This document shows, in pieces, positions 18,476-26,815 of a stretch of DNA of 64,000 bases; the first letter of the stretch is position 1, and each line of letters begins with the position of its first letter. The DNA comes from Candidatus Aminicenantes bacterium (GTDB lineage: Bacteria; Acidobacteriota; Aminicenantia; UBA2199): contig DAOWCY010000006.1 in the NCBI GenBank assembly GCA_030639305.1, forward strand, positions 16,563 through 80,562, in the 5' to 3' direction. The position numbers and the translations under genes were made by a program. The notes under the pieces are model-generated. The model saw only the letters and a program-made list of their open reading frames with translations, did no database searches and had not been told where the DNA came from.

Positions 18476-19134
18476 ATGTTTGTGTTAAAAAATAACGAAT
18501 TGGTTTCTTTTAGCCATTCTCAGGATTCATCTATCATAGTAACATTAATTGGATATAGAGAGCAACCATGAAAATTGTTACAATATATGCCCGGCGTTAA
18601 CCTTAGATACGGAAAGACTGTCTATAACAAGGTCTTCGTGGTTTGAGGGAGAGGTGCTGCCGCCTAAAATTCACCTTTTCTCAAAACCGGGGGAAAATTT
18701 TCAAGGCTGAAAAACCGCATCAGAAGAGGGTCTTGGGGAAAAATGCCCTTAACCCCGGATTGTAACAATTTTCATGGTTCCCGGCAGATATGGCTCCCGG
18801 TAATGGAATAATGGTATATTATTTCCCAGGCATAGGAAATCGAGCAAAAAGTGGGCGGCGCCCACAACCTATGAGGGGCTGGTCAATTAACATTTAAACA
18901 ATTAGCATTTAGCATGTTAAATCCGACAAAGGCTGGTGTTGTCGGATGCTAAATTTTCAATGTTAATTGCTAATTTTACAATGTTCCGCACCTTTCCGCG
19001 AACATCCCGAACATTTACTTTAAAACGCTTGACAAAGGATACTATTTCTGATATAAAGTTTTCCTGGACCTGTTAGTCCGTATCGGTAGCTAAGAACAAC
19101 GAAAACTACAGCAGCTAATCACCACAGCGAATTC

Positions 19135-19275
19135 TCACCCGGATACCGGGAAAAACAAAGCCCGCGGCGCGGGCACCCTATAAGCAGAACCGCGGGGGGA
19201 CGGCGTCCCCAGCCTATAAGCCGCTGCGCGGCAAAAACAGCAGCGGCGGGGAATCCAAAACCCGAAGTGTGATAA
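19135..19275. repeat. Repeat element of the hairpin sub-family (GCCCGCGGCGCGGGC...GGGACGGCGTCCCC...AGCCTATAAGCCGCTGCGCGGCAAAAACAGCAGCGGCGGGGAATCCAAAACCCG)
   Basis: The same module occurs in reverse orientation at 45880-45960 and inside CDS 22863..24470 (about 23522-23583). Confidence 0.7.
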
Positions 19276-19307
19276 AAAAAAACAAACTTTAAAATAGGAG
19301 GAAAAAT

Positions 19308-20177
19308 ATGACATCAACAAAAAAACTCTCTCACGGGAAAACTTTAAGTTTATTACTGGTGTTTTCCTTAGTATTAAGTGTTAGCCTCTCGGCCACTCCA
19401 CCACCGGTGCCGAAATTCGCTGTGGTGGTAGTAGGCGCCAATCAAGCCGACCCGGAAAGTATGCATATCGCTTTCGGGAATACCGGCGACCGGGTGTACA
19501 GCACCCTGAAAACAAAAGGCTTTACGGACGCCAACATTCTCTATTTAAGCTGGGATTTCGGCCCTAACCCGAATGTGGACGGTCTCTCCACGAAAGCCAA
19601 TATCTCCTGGGGTTTGCAAACCTGGCTGCGTAACAACCTCAACAACGGCCTGATGGACGAAACCGTGGTGATCTATTTTATCGATCACGGCGGTGTGAAT
19701 GTGGGCGGTTATTTTTTCGTACCCTTTGATAACCCCACCAATTTCGTTTATGATTGGGAACTCAGCAATTGGGTCAACATAGGGCTGTCCGAATGGGTTA
19801 TCACCACGAATTACAATGTTTGCAACATCGTTATCGAAACCTGTTTCAGCGGCAACCTCATCGGTTGGACCCCCACCGGCCTCAGCGGTCCGAACCGGAT
19901 CGTAGTTACCGCTACGGATACTATGCTGCAAGCCTATTCCTGGTGGATGCCGCCCCAGATATGGTATGACCAGCGCCCGGCAGATTCCAACGGGGAGGCG
20001 ATTTTTTCTTACTACTTCTTGAAGATGATCGGTGCCGGCAGAGATGTGCAGATGGCTTTTAACCGGTCTTTTATCCAGACGGTTAATGAAGTCCTTCGCC
20101 TGGCTTTACTCTCCGGGGGCAATGAGCAGCAGAATCCCATGATCGACAATCAATGTCCAGGTCAACTTTTCTGGTAG
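19308..20177 (+). CDS. Secreted clan-CD cysteine peptidase, legumain (C13)-like
   Basis: Signal peptide KTLSLLLVFSLVLSVSLSA. His-Gly and Cys catalytic dyad context (...VVIYFIDHGG... and ...IVIETCFSGNLIG) resembles the legumain HG / EACxSG arrangement. Confidence 0.5.
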   Translation: MTSTKKLSHGKTLSLLLVFSLVLSVSLSATPPPVPKFAVVVVGANQADPESMHIAFGNTGDRVYSTLKTKGFTDANILYLSWDFGPNPNVDGLSTKANISWGLQTWLRNNLNNGLMDETVVIYFIDHGGVNVGGYFFVPFDNPTNFVYDWELSNWVNIGLSEWVITTNYNVCNIVIETCFSGNLIGWTPTGLSGPNRIVVTATDTMLQAYSWWMPPQIWYDQRPADSNGEAIFSYYFLKMIGAGRDVQMAFNRSFIQTVNEVLRLALLSGGNEQQNPMIDNQCPGQLFW

Positions 20178-20329
20178 AGAATTAGCTATCCCGTTTTTCA
20201 ACAAGCAGCCCGGGAGTTGTTTTAATTCCCGGGCTGCCTGTTCTCCAACGTAACTATTCACCCGGTTGTTTATCGATTTGGGATATGGTATAGTGTTGCC
20301 TTCGACTTCGTCGTAAGAGGTAATCTATC

Positions 20330-20893
20330 ATGTCTAAAAAAAACAACGAAAATTCTCGATATACGGAAAAGAAGAGCCGCGGCGGTAGATATGTCGGCCT
20401 CAAAATATTTTCCGGTATCGTTTCGGTGGCCCTGATCGCAGCCACTATCCACATCCAGGGCGTAAAAAACGTTCATAAAAAAGAACTGGTAAAAATCAGT
20501 TTACAATTCCAGGATTTGAATGAACAGGTTTCCCAAATCGAAAATACCAAAAAGAAAAGAAGCGATTTTTTCAAAAACAAATTCCTGATCGACTATCCGC
20601 CGCGTTATTCTTTTGCAGTTTCCGATTTTACCCGGCGCTTAAGTTTGACCGCCCCAGGCGGCATGAAGTTCGACTCCATGGAGATAAGACCCGGGCCGCG
20701 GAATTTTACTTTTTCTCTCAGCGGCAGGGTAAAACCCGCCGAAAGTGGAAAAATGAACCGGCTGTTTTTCGAGTTTTACCGCGAATTAGAGAGTTTCGAC
20801 AACCTGATGCATGTTGTACCTTCTAAGAAAGAGGTCGATGCAGCGGGCCGGGGTTTGTTTTTTAGCATAGACGGGGAGGTGGAAGTAGAATGA
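20330..20893 (+). CDS. Membrane-anchored hypothetical protein (possible PilN/GspL-like assembly component)
   Basis: One N-terminal TM (LKIFSGIVSVALIAATIHI) followed by a coiled-coil segment. 4-nt overlap with the next gene. Family assignment is weak. Confidence 0.35.
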   Translation: MSKKNNENSRYTEKKSRGGRYVGLKIFSGIVSVALIAATIHIQGVKNVHKKELVKISLQFQDLNEQVSQIENTKKKRSDFFKNKFLIDYPPRYSFAVSDFTRRLSLTAPGGMKFDSMEIRPGPRNFTFSLSGRVKPAESGKMNRLFFEFYRELESFDNLMHVVPSKKEVDAAGRGLFFSIDGEVEVE

Positions 20894-21654
20894 AGAAAGG
20901 ACGCTTAATGGTTGGGATAAGCGGTATTTTATTAATTATCGCAGTAGTGTTTGTTTATTTATCGTTCTATTTTTTTCCCACTGTAGAAGACATCAACAAG
21001 TATAGACGGGAAGCAAAAGATATAAAAGCGCGGCTAGCTGATTTCGGGCAAGTGGAGAGAAATTTTTCTTTTCCCGACGAAAAAGAGGAAGATTATTTTG
21101 AAAAAGCGGGAAAGGAATTTAAAAATAAAATCCCCAAAATAAGGGGCAAAGGTGATTTAGCCCGGCTGCTGGACCCGGTTTCCGGTTATTTGCGGGAACT
21201 GGCCGGGGCAGATGGCATCGCAGCTCTTGTTATCGAGCCGGGCAGCGAAGAGGCTGGGAAAGAAGCAGCGGGTTTTTTAAAATACCGGGTTATGCTGCTG
21301 CGTTTTACCGGGGAATTAGGAAAAGGGCTTAATTTTATCAACCACATTCCCTGGGGTAAATATTACATAGGCGTGGATAAAATCACCCTATCCGGGAGCG
21401 GGGAGCTGCCCGGCTTCGGGGTTAAACTCAGGGTCTATTATTTCGCTACCGGAGGAGCTTCCGCGCAAACGGACGCAGCCCGGGATACTGCAAAAACCGG
21501 CGAAGGGGGTTTAGAGATCGATTTCGATTCGGAAATCTTATTGGAGCGGGTGTATTATAATGTACCCGAACGTTACATAAAAAGAGAACTGCCCACCGCC
21601 CCACTCGCGCCCCGTACGCAGGGGCAGCGTGTGAGCGCTTTTGATTTTAAATAA
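20890..21654 (+). CDS. Membrane-anchored hypothetical protein (possible PilO/GspM-like). The last 20 residues are encoded by a repeat element.
   Basis: N-terminal TM (MVGISGILLIIAVVFVYLSFYFF) then a coiled coil. The C-terminal ...PTAPLAPRTQGQRVSAFDFK is a translation of repeat module GGGGCAGCGTGTGAGCGCTTTTGATTTTAAA (21596-21655). Confidence 0.35.
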   Translation: MKKGRLMVGISGILLIIAVVFVYLSFYFFPTVEDINKYRREAKDIKARLADFGQVERNFSFPDEKEEDYFEKAGKEFKNKIPKIRGKGDLARLLDPVSGYLRELAGADGIAALVIEPGSEEAGKEAAGFLKYRVMLLRFTGELGKGLNFINHIPWGKYYIGVDKITLSGSGELPGFGVKLRVYYFATGGASAQTDAARDTAKTGEGGLEIDFDSEILLERVYYNVPERYIKRELPTAPLAPRTQGQRVSAFDFK

Positions 21655-21720
21655 ACAAAAGTTTTGATCAAACTTTTTCAAAAGTTTGGCCCCCGGCAGG
21701 GCCGCCCAATCCTGTGTCTT
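21596..21720. repeat. Modular repeat element (orientation 2) overlapping the 3' ends of two convergent genes
   Basis: ...CAGGGGCAGCGTGTGAGCGCTTTTGATTTTAAATAAACAAAAGTTTTGATCAAACTTTTTCAAAAGTTTGGCCCCCGGCAGGGCCGCC. Confidence 0.8.
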
Positions 21721-21865
21721 TAGCGATTTCCTGACATTTTTGCAGGGCTTCCCTGGCATATTCTATGCCTAATTTCTCTTTTAATTCGGAGAATGAAATC
21801 TTTGCTTTTTTAAATCCATGCTTAACAAAATCAACCTCGTTAATAGAAACGCTTAAAGTCCTCAT
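21668..21865 (-). CDS. Small hypothetical protein, possibly ribbon-helix-helix-like. The C-terminal 14 aa are repeat-derived.
   Basis: MRTLSVSINEVDFVKHGFKKAKISFSELKEKLGIEYAREALQKCQEIAKDTG, then GLGGPAGGQTFEKV from the repeat. Confidence 0.25.
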   Translation of the reverse strand: MRTLSVSINEVDFVKHGFKKAKISFSELKEKLGIEYAREALQKCQEIAKDTGLGGPAGGQTFEKV

Positions 21866-21994
21866 AAATTTTTCCTCGTTATAAATATATAGTATAAATC
21901 GCCGCAAAAATCAACCCCGGCAAAAAAAATCATGCCTTTACTCCTTGCCGGAGGCCCCGCGGCGCGGGGAGAGGAAATTCCTGAACGCAGCCAA

Positions 21995-22786
21995 CTAAAT
22001 TTCGATGATTTTGCCGGTTCCTAAAGTGACGAAATTTTCCCCGAAGGCCGCTTTGATCGCTGCGATGGCCTTATCACCGGTACAGTGAGTAGCACCGATT
22101 TTTTTTATGCCTAACTCTTTGAAACGCTCGATAATTTTTTCTAATTCCACCGCGGATTTTCTCATCAGGTGAAAACCCCCGAAAACAAAGTAAACCTCTT
22201 TGTTTTTAAACATCTTTTTGGCCTGTTCTACTATTTCGACGATTCCCGGGTGGGCGCAGCCGGTCAAGACGATTAGTCCTTTGGGACTGTCTATAACCAG
22301 GGACTGTTCTTTTATTTTATCTCCCATTTCCCCGGTCAGGAATACATGTTTGCAAATTTCTTTGGGCTTTGCTTCACGAAAAGCCGCAGCCCCGGTTTTT
22401 TCGATTTTTTTTATATATTTGTCCGGGGTGGAAGCCGGCATGTAGACCGGGACATCGTTCTTCACCTTCAGCGCTTCGAAAAGTCCGCCGGTGTGGTCAT
22501 AGTGATTGTGTGAGATGGCGATGATTTCCATTTTTTGTAGGTTGACGCCCAATTTTTGTAGGTTGTGGAGTAGAATCGGGGGTTTGGTGCCCGTATCGAA
22601 TAGGATGGTTTTTTCCGTACCTTCGATCAAACAGGCGAAACCCCAATCTGCTTTGGTTCCTTCGCTAAACACATAGTTATCGTAGAGGATGGTTATTGTG
22701 AGGGAAGGGGCGTCCCCGGCGTTAAGCATCCCCCCTGAAGCAAAAACAAAAGACACACCCATTACTAAAGAAACTAAATTTTTCAT
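21995..22786 (-). CDS. Secreted MBL-fold metallo-hydrolase
   Basis: Signal peptide MKNLVSLVMGVSFVFASGGMLNA. ISHNHYDHTGG motif. Confidence 0.65.
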   Translation of the reverse strand: MKNLVSLVMGVSFVFASGGMLNAGDAPSLTITILYDNYVFSEGTKADWGFACLIEGTEKTILFDTGTKPPILLHNLQKLGVNLQKMEIIAISHNHYDHTGGLFEALKVKNDVPVYMPASTPDKYIKKIEKTGAAAFREAKPKEICKHVFLTGEMGDKIKEQSLVIDSPKGLIVLTGCAHPGIVEIVEQAKKMFKNKEVYFVFGGFHLMRKSAVELEKIIERFKELGIKKIGATHCTGDKAIAAIKAAFGENFVTLGTGKIIEI

Positions 22787-22862
22787 TGAATACCTCCGAA
22801 ATTAAATATCCTTATATTATTATACTATTTGTCGGCGTATTTGGTTTTCTCTCTCTTTTTCA

Positions 22863-24470
22863 TTGAAATCCGGCTGTTTTTTGTATAAAATAAACAATGG
22901 TAAAAAAAACGATATGAATAAATTGCAAAACGAAATCCCAGGCAGCCGGGCAAAACTATATATGTACCTCTATATTATTATTACCTGCCTGCTCTGTTTC
23001 GGGGCAACCGTTTTCCTGCCCTTAGATCCGGGCTATAAAAGACTGCTGGAACAACCGACTAAAATCCTGTTGAAAACTCCGATGGCGGCGCTCTTTTTTA
23101 CTTTTTGTTTTGTGATGCTGTTCTTTTTGCAATTCAAACTGACTGAAACTATTAATAAGAAAAAAGCCGTCCTGATCTTAATTATCGTGGGAATTATTTA
23201 TTTTGTTTCCATGCCTTTTTTCTCATCGGATATTTTCCTGTATACTTTCAAAGGAAAAATACAAGCCGAACTTTCTCTTAATCCTTACGAATTCGTGAAA
23301 TATTTCGATACCCCTTACCAATACCTGTCGCCCTGGGTTTTCGTGCCCCTGGCCTACGGCCCTTTGACCAATTTGGTTTTTAAAACTTTTTATTTCCAGG
23401 GCCTTTCGCCGGTGGCAAATATGTATGTCCTGAAAGCTGTTTTCCTGCTCTTTTATGCAGGCACCGTCCTAATGGTCTACAAATATCTACAGCGGGAAAA
23501 CAAGCCCAGCACCCAGCGGGTGCACCCTATGAGCCGCGGCGCGGCAAAAACAATAGACGACGGGGAATCCAAAACCCGCAGTTTGCTAAACAAGCAGAGC
23601 CTAAACGACGAAACGGGGAAAAATTTCGTGTTTTTTGCTCTTTCACCGCTGCTCCTCATCGAAGGTCTCCTCTGCGCCCACTTAGATGTGATGCCGCTTT
23701 TTTATTTTATTCTTTCGCTTATTTTTTTACAGAGTGGAGCTTCAGAAATCATCAAAAACGTGCCTCCGGCGGCCAAAAACCTTTTTGAAAAAAGGTTTCC
23801 GGACTTCCAAAAACTTCTGTTGAGCCGCTTCGCGGCAAATGTTTTTTTTCCGCTCAGTTTTTTCTGCCTGGGGATGGCCGCCGCATTCAAAGTAAACTAT
23901 GCCATTTTTATGCTTCCCTTCCTGATCGAAAGCATGAGAAAAAATAAATGGCACTTCCTGCACGGCGCTTTTTTTGTCCTGCCGGTGGCTGCTTCCATGA
24001 TATTCTATCCCGATATTAACAAATATATCGGCTCTATTAAATACGTGGCCTCGCTGACCGGCGTCTCCTGTATAAAACTTTTCGATAAAATCAAACCGCT
24101 GCAGTACCTGTTTCTTGTTTTAATCGCAGCGGCATTCGTTTACTTTCTTTATCTCTACCTCAAAAAAAGAATCGACGTTTTTCGATTCTCTTTTATTTTT
24201 TTTATGATCTTCCTGTTTTTTAACAAAATTTTCCAACCCTGGCATATTTTCCCCATCTACGGGCTGCTCCTATTCCTAAAACCGCGAAAATTCGATTATT
24301 TCGGTTTGCTGTCCATGACAGGGATATATTCGGTGTATTTTATTTTTTACCAGTGGAATGAGATGCAGAACTTTATCGCATCTGTAATAATCCTGTGCGC
24401 AATCGGTTATACGGTTATTTCAGAATTAATCGCCGTCAAAAAAACAGCAGGGAGGCAGAGTGCAAGATAA
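22863..24470 (+). CDS. Polytopic membrane protein (GT-C / DUF2029-like glycosyltransferase candidate) with two in-frame repeat-element-derived segments
   Basis: More than 12 hydrophobic helices. Residues ...VHPMSRGAAKTIDDGESKTRSLL... (about 23522-23583) and ...PPAAKNLFEKRFPDFQKLLLSRFAAN... (about 23762-23843) are translations of repeat modules also seen at 19160-19270 and 16230-16270 (revcomp). The ORF stays open across both. Confidence 0.45.
   Translation: MKSGCFLYKINNGKKNDMNKLQNEIPGSRAKLYMYLYIIITCLLCFGATVFLPLDPGYKRLLEQPTKILLKTPMAALFFTFCFVMLFFLQFKLTETINKKKAVLILIIVGIIYFVSMPFFSSDIFLYTFKGKIQAELSLNPYEFVKYFDTPYQYLSPWVFVPLAYGPLTNLVFKTFYFQGLSPVANMYVLKAVFLLFYAGTVLMVYKYLQRENKPSTQRVHPMSRGAAKTIDDGESKTRSLLNKQSLNDETGKNFVFFALSPLLLIEGLLCAHLDVMPLFYFILSLIFLQSGASEIIKNVPPAAKNLFEKRFPDFQKLLLSRFAANVFFPLSFFCLGMAAAFKVNYAIFMLPFLIESMRKNKWHFLHGAFFVLPVAASMIFYPDINKYIGSIKYVASLTGVSCIKLFDKIKPLQYLFLVLIAAAFVYFLYLYLKKRIDVFRFSFIFFMIFLFFNKIFQPWHIFPIYGLLLFLKPRKFDYFGLLSMTGIYSVYFIFYQWNEMQNFIASVIILCAIGYTVISELIAVKKTAGRQSAR
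23522..23583. repeat. Repeat module inserted in-frame inside CDS 22863..24470
   Basis: CACCCTATGAGCCGCGGCGCGGCAAAAACAATAGACGACGGGGAATCCAAAACCCGCAGT versus 19215-19265. Confidence 0.65.
23762..23843. repeat. Second repeat module inserted in-frame inside CDS 22863..24470
   Basis: GCCTCCGGCGGCCAAAAACCTTTTTGAAAAAAGGTTTCCGGACTTCCAAAAACTTCTGTTGAGCCGCTTCGCGGCA. Confidence 0.65.
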
Positions 24471-25281
24471 ATCGAAAGAAAAAGCCTTTTTCGACCGTTT
24501 TTCCGCTGTCAAAGAGTACGATGTGTTTACGCCCTACGGCTATAGATCGATCATCGAAGATTATCTAAAGTTAATCGGCAGCCGAGTTGCTAAAAAGGGT
24601 ACACCTGGGGAAACTAAACAAAAGTTTTTTGGGGGGTCCAGGGGGGCGATTTTTCAAAAAAGCCCCCCTGGTCGCCGAAGGCAAGAAAAGATAATCGACT
24701 TAGGCTGCGGCACCGGGAATTTTACTCGCAGGTTCGCCGCATCTTACGAAGCCCGTTTTTTCGGCCTCGATATTTCGCAAAAATCGGCGGCCCTGGCTGC
24801 CCGGTTGGACCCGGGGATAAACTACTGCGCCGGGGATATCGAACATTGTTGTTTTAAAAAGGAAAACTTCGACATAGTGCTTTTTTCCGGCGTACTGCAT
24901 CATTTCGAGGATTACGAAACCTGCCTGCGGGAAGGTTTCCGTTTATTAAAAAAAGGCGGCTGTATGCTCTCTTATGACCCCAATATTAAGAATCCCGCTA
25001 TGTGGCTCTACCGCCACCCGGCCTCTCCTTTTTTCTCGAAAAAAGGCAAAACCGACAACGAACAACTGCTCTCGGTTTCCCAATTAGCGTTATCTTTGCA
25101 AAAAACAGGCTTTACGAATATAGACGTCCACGGCATCGGCGGCGTCACTTTCAAGTATGTAGAATCGCGTGTAGGGCGGCTTTTACTGCCTTTTTACAAC
25201 CTTTTCGAAGCGCTGTTGGGACTCATTCCCCCGGCCAAAAAATACGGTTCTTTTGTTATCGCCTATGGAGAGAAAGCATGA
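24460..25281 (+). CDS. Class I SAM-dependent methyltransferase with a repeat-derived in-frame insertion just before motif I
   Basis: Motif I IIDLGCGTGNFT; acidic/post-I motifs follow. Residues KGTPGETKQKFFGGSRGAIFQKSPPGRRRQEK (about 24618-24695) are translated from the repeat module AAAAGTTTTTTGGGGGGTCCAGGGGGGCGATTTTTCAAAAAAGCCCCCCTGGTCGCCGAAGGCAAG (compare 46690-46765). Confidence 0.7.
   Translation: MQDKSKEKAFFDRFSAVKEYDVFTPYGYRSIIEDYLKLIGSRVAKKGTPGETKQKFFGGSRGAIFQKSPPGRRRQEKIIDLGCGTGNFTRRFAASYEARFFGLDISQKSAALAARLDPGINYCAGDIEHCCFKKENFDIVLFSGVLHHFEDYETCLREGFRLLKKGGCMLSYDPNIKNPAMWLYRHPASPFFSKKGKTDNEQLLSVSQLALSLQKTGFTNIDVHGIGGVTFKYVESRVGRLLLPFYNLFEALLGLIPPAKKYGSFVIAYGEKA
24618..24695. repeat. 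Repeat module inserted in-frame in the methyltransferase gene
   Basis: See the CDS 24460..25281 evidence. Confidence 0.65.
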
Positions 25282-26669
25282 AAATAGTCCTGATAGTTCC
25301 CCCCAGCCACACTCATTATGTGGTCCAGCCCCTGGGTCTAGGTTACTTAGCCACTGCTCTGCGCAGGGCCGGGTTCGACGATGTTTCGATTTTAGACAGC
25401 TTAAAGGAAAACCTCGATTTCGACAGCCTGCAGGAACGGCTTTTACAGATGCAGCCCGCGGTTGTTGGTTTTCAAGCCTATTCTTATGACTTTTCGCTGG
25501 TTGCCCGCAGCATTAGCGCCATAAAAAAGAAACTCCCCGATACCCTGACTGTATTGGGCGGACCGCATGTATCGGCCACCGGCGCTCTTGCCATGGAAGA
25601 ACTGCCCGCTTTAGATTTTGCTTTTGGGGGCGAAGGGGAAACCGGGCTGCCCCTATTAATGAAACGAATTCTGCAGGACGAAGAAATTCCCTACCGGGAA
25701 ATTCCCGGGCTCATTTACCGGGAAAGCGGCAAGGTACAGCAGGTGCCGCGAGCTGTGATCGAGGAGATAGACTCATTGGGTTTCCCCGCCTGGGATTTGA
25801 TGGTTCCCGGGGAGTATCCCGACAGTCCCCAGGGCGGGTTTTACAAGCAGTTTCCCATAGCTTCTATATCTACAACCCGCGGCTGTCCTTATTTGTGCAC
25901 TTTTTGTGGCAGCGCAGTCAACATGGGCAGGAAGCTGCGTTTCCGGGATATTTCCAGGGTACTTGAAGAGATTCGATTATTATATAACGATTACGGGGTA
26001 CGTGAATTTCATATTATCGACGACATGTTTAACGCCAAAAAGGAGCGGGTAGTGGAGTTTTGCGAAGGTATCCGCAAGTACAAGTTGGACATTAATTACA
26101 CCTTTCCCAATGGGCTGCGGCTCAACCTATTGGATTTAGAGATGCTGCGAATGATGAAAGAAACCGGCGCATATTCGTTTAATGTCGGCATCGAAAGCGG
26201 TTCGCAGCGTATTTTAGACAAGATGAAAAAGAACCTCACCTTACAGTTGATCGAAGAGAAAGTCGATTTGATCGTAGAAGCCGGTTTAGAACCCTGCGGA
26301 TTTTTTATAATCGGGTTCCCCGGCGAAACCGAGGAGGACATAAAAGCTACTATTAAATTTGCCAAAAAGTTAAAATTAAAGCGTGCTCATTTCAGTAATT
26401 TTCTGCCGCTGCCCGGTACGGAGGCCACCCGGGAGTTGTTGGCAAGCAAAGAGATATCGAAACTTTCCTGGGAGGAAATGTTTTATTCGAAGGTGCCTTA
26501 TGCGCCCAGGGGAATATCTAAGAAAAGGTTAAAAGCCTTACAGCGGCGGGCGTATCTTGAATTTCATTTACGGCCCTCGATATTGTTTAAGGTGGTTCGT
26601 GACATAAAGAGTCTCAATCATTTGAAGTTAACTTTGAAAAGGATAAAAGACTACCTCTTCAAACGATAA
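25278..26669 (+). CDS. B12-binding-domain radical SAM protein
   Basis: Start MKIVLIVPP (ATGA overlap with the methyltransferase stop). The N-terminal Rossmann-like B12-binding region has ...VVGFQAYSYDF. The radical SAM CxxxCxxC is TTRGCPYLCTFCGS. The track start at 25002 is an out-of-context upstream extension overlapping the methyltransferase gene. Confidence 0.8.
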   Translation: MKIVLIVPPSHTHYVVQPLGLGYLATALRRAGFDDVSILDSLKENLDFDSLQERLLQMQPAVVGFQAYSYDFSLVARSISAIKKKLPDTLTVLGGPHVSATGALAMEELPALDFAFGGEGETGLPLLMKRILQDEEIPYREIPGLIYRESGKVQQVPRAVIEEIDSLGFPAWDLMVPGEYPDSPQGGFYKQFPIASISTTRGCPYLCTFCGSAVNMGRKLRFRDISRVLEEIRLLYNDYGVREFHIIDDMFNAKKERVVEFCEGIRKYKLDINYTFPNGLRLNLLDLEMLRMMKETGAYSFNVGIESGSQRILDKMKKNLTLQLIEEKVDLIVEAGLEPCGFFIIGFPGETEEDIKATIKFAKKLKLKRAHFSNFLPLPGTEATRELLASKEISKLSWEEMFYSKVPYAPRGISKKRLKALQRRAYLEFHLRPSILFKVVRDIKSLNHLKLTLKRIKDYLFKR

Positions 26670-26800
26670 GCCCCACATGCGTGGGGGAGCGTTGAGCCGC
26701 TTCGCGGCAGAGCAGCGTTTTTGATTCTAAATTATAAAAAGTTTTGATCAAACTTTTTCAAAAGTTTGGCCCCCGGCAGGGTCGCCGAAGGCAAAGAAAT
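26670..26800. repeat. Full-length modular repeat element (orientation 2), reference copy
   Basis: CCCCACATGCGTGGGGG-AGCGTTGAGCCGCTTCGCGGCAGAGCAGCGTTTTTGATTCTAAATTATAAAAAGTTTTGATCAAACTTTTTCAAAAGTTTGGCCCCCGGCAGGGTCGCCGAAGGCAAAG. Confidence 0.85.
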
Positions 26801-26815
26801 TAAAAGAAAATAAAA

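Noticed and set aside
25002-25277. Track ORF start at 25002 for the radical SAM gene (92-aa N-terminal extension overlapping the methyltransferase gene)
   Set aside because: The extension is out-of-frame overlap with the upstream methyltransferase. The real start is ATG 25278 (MKIVLIVPP), giving the typical ATGA stop/start overlap.
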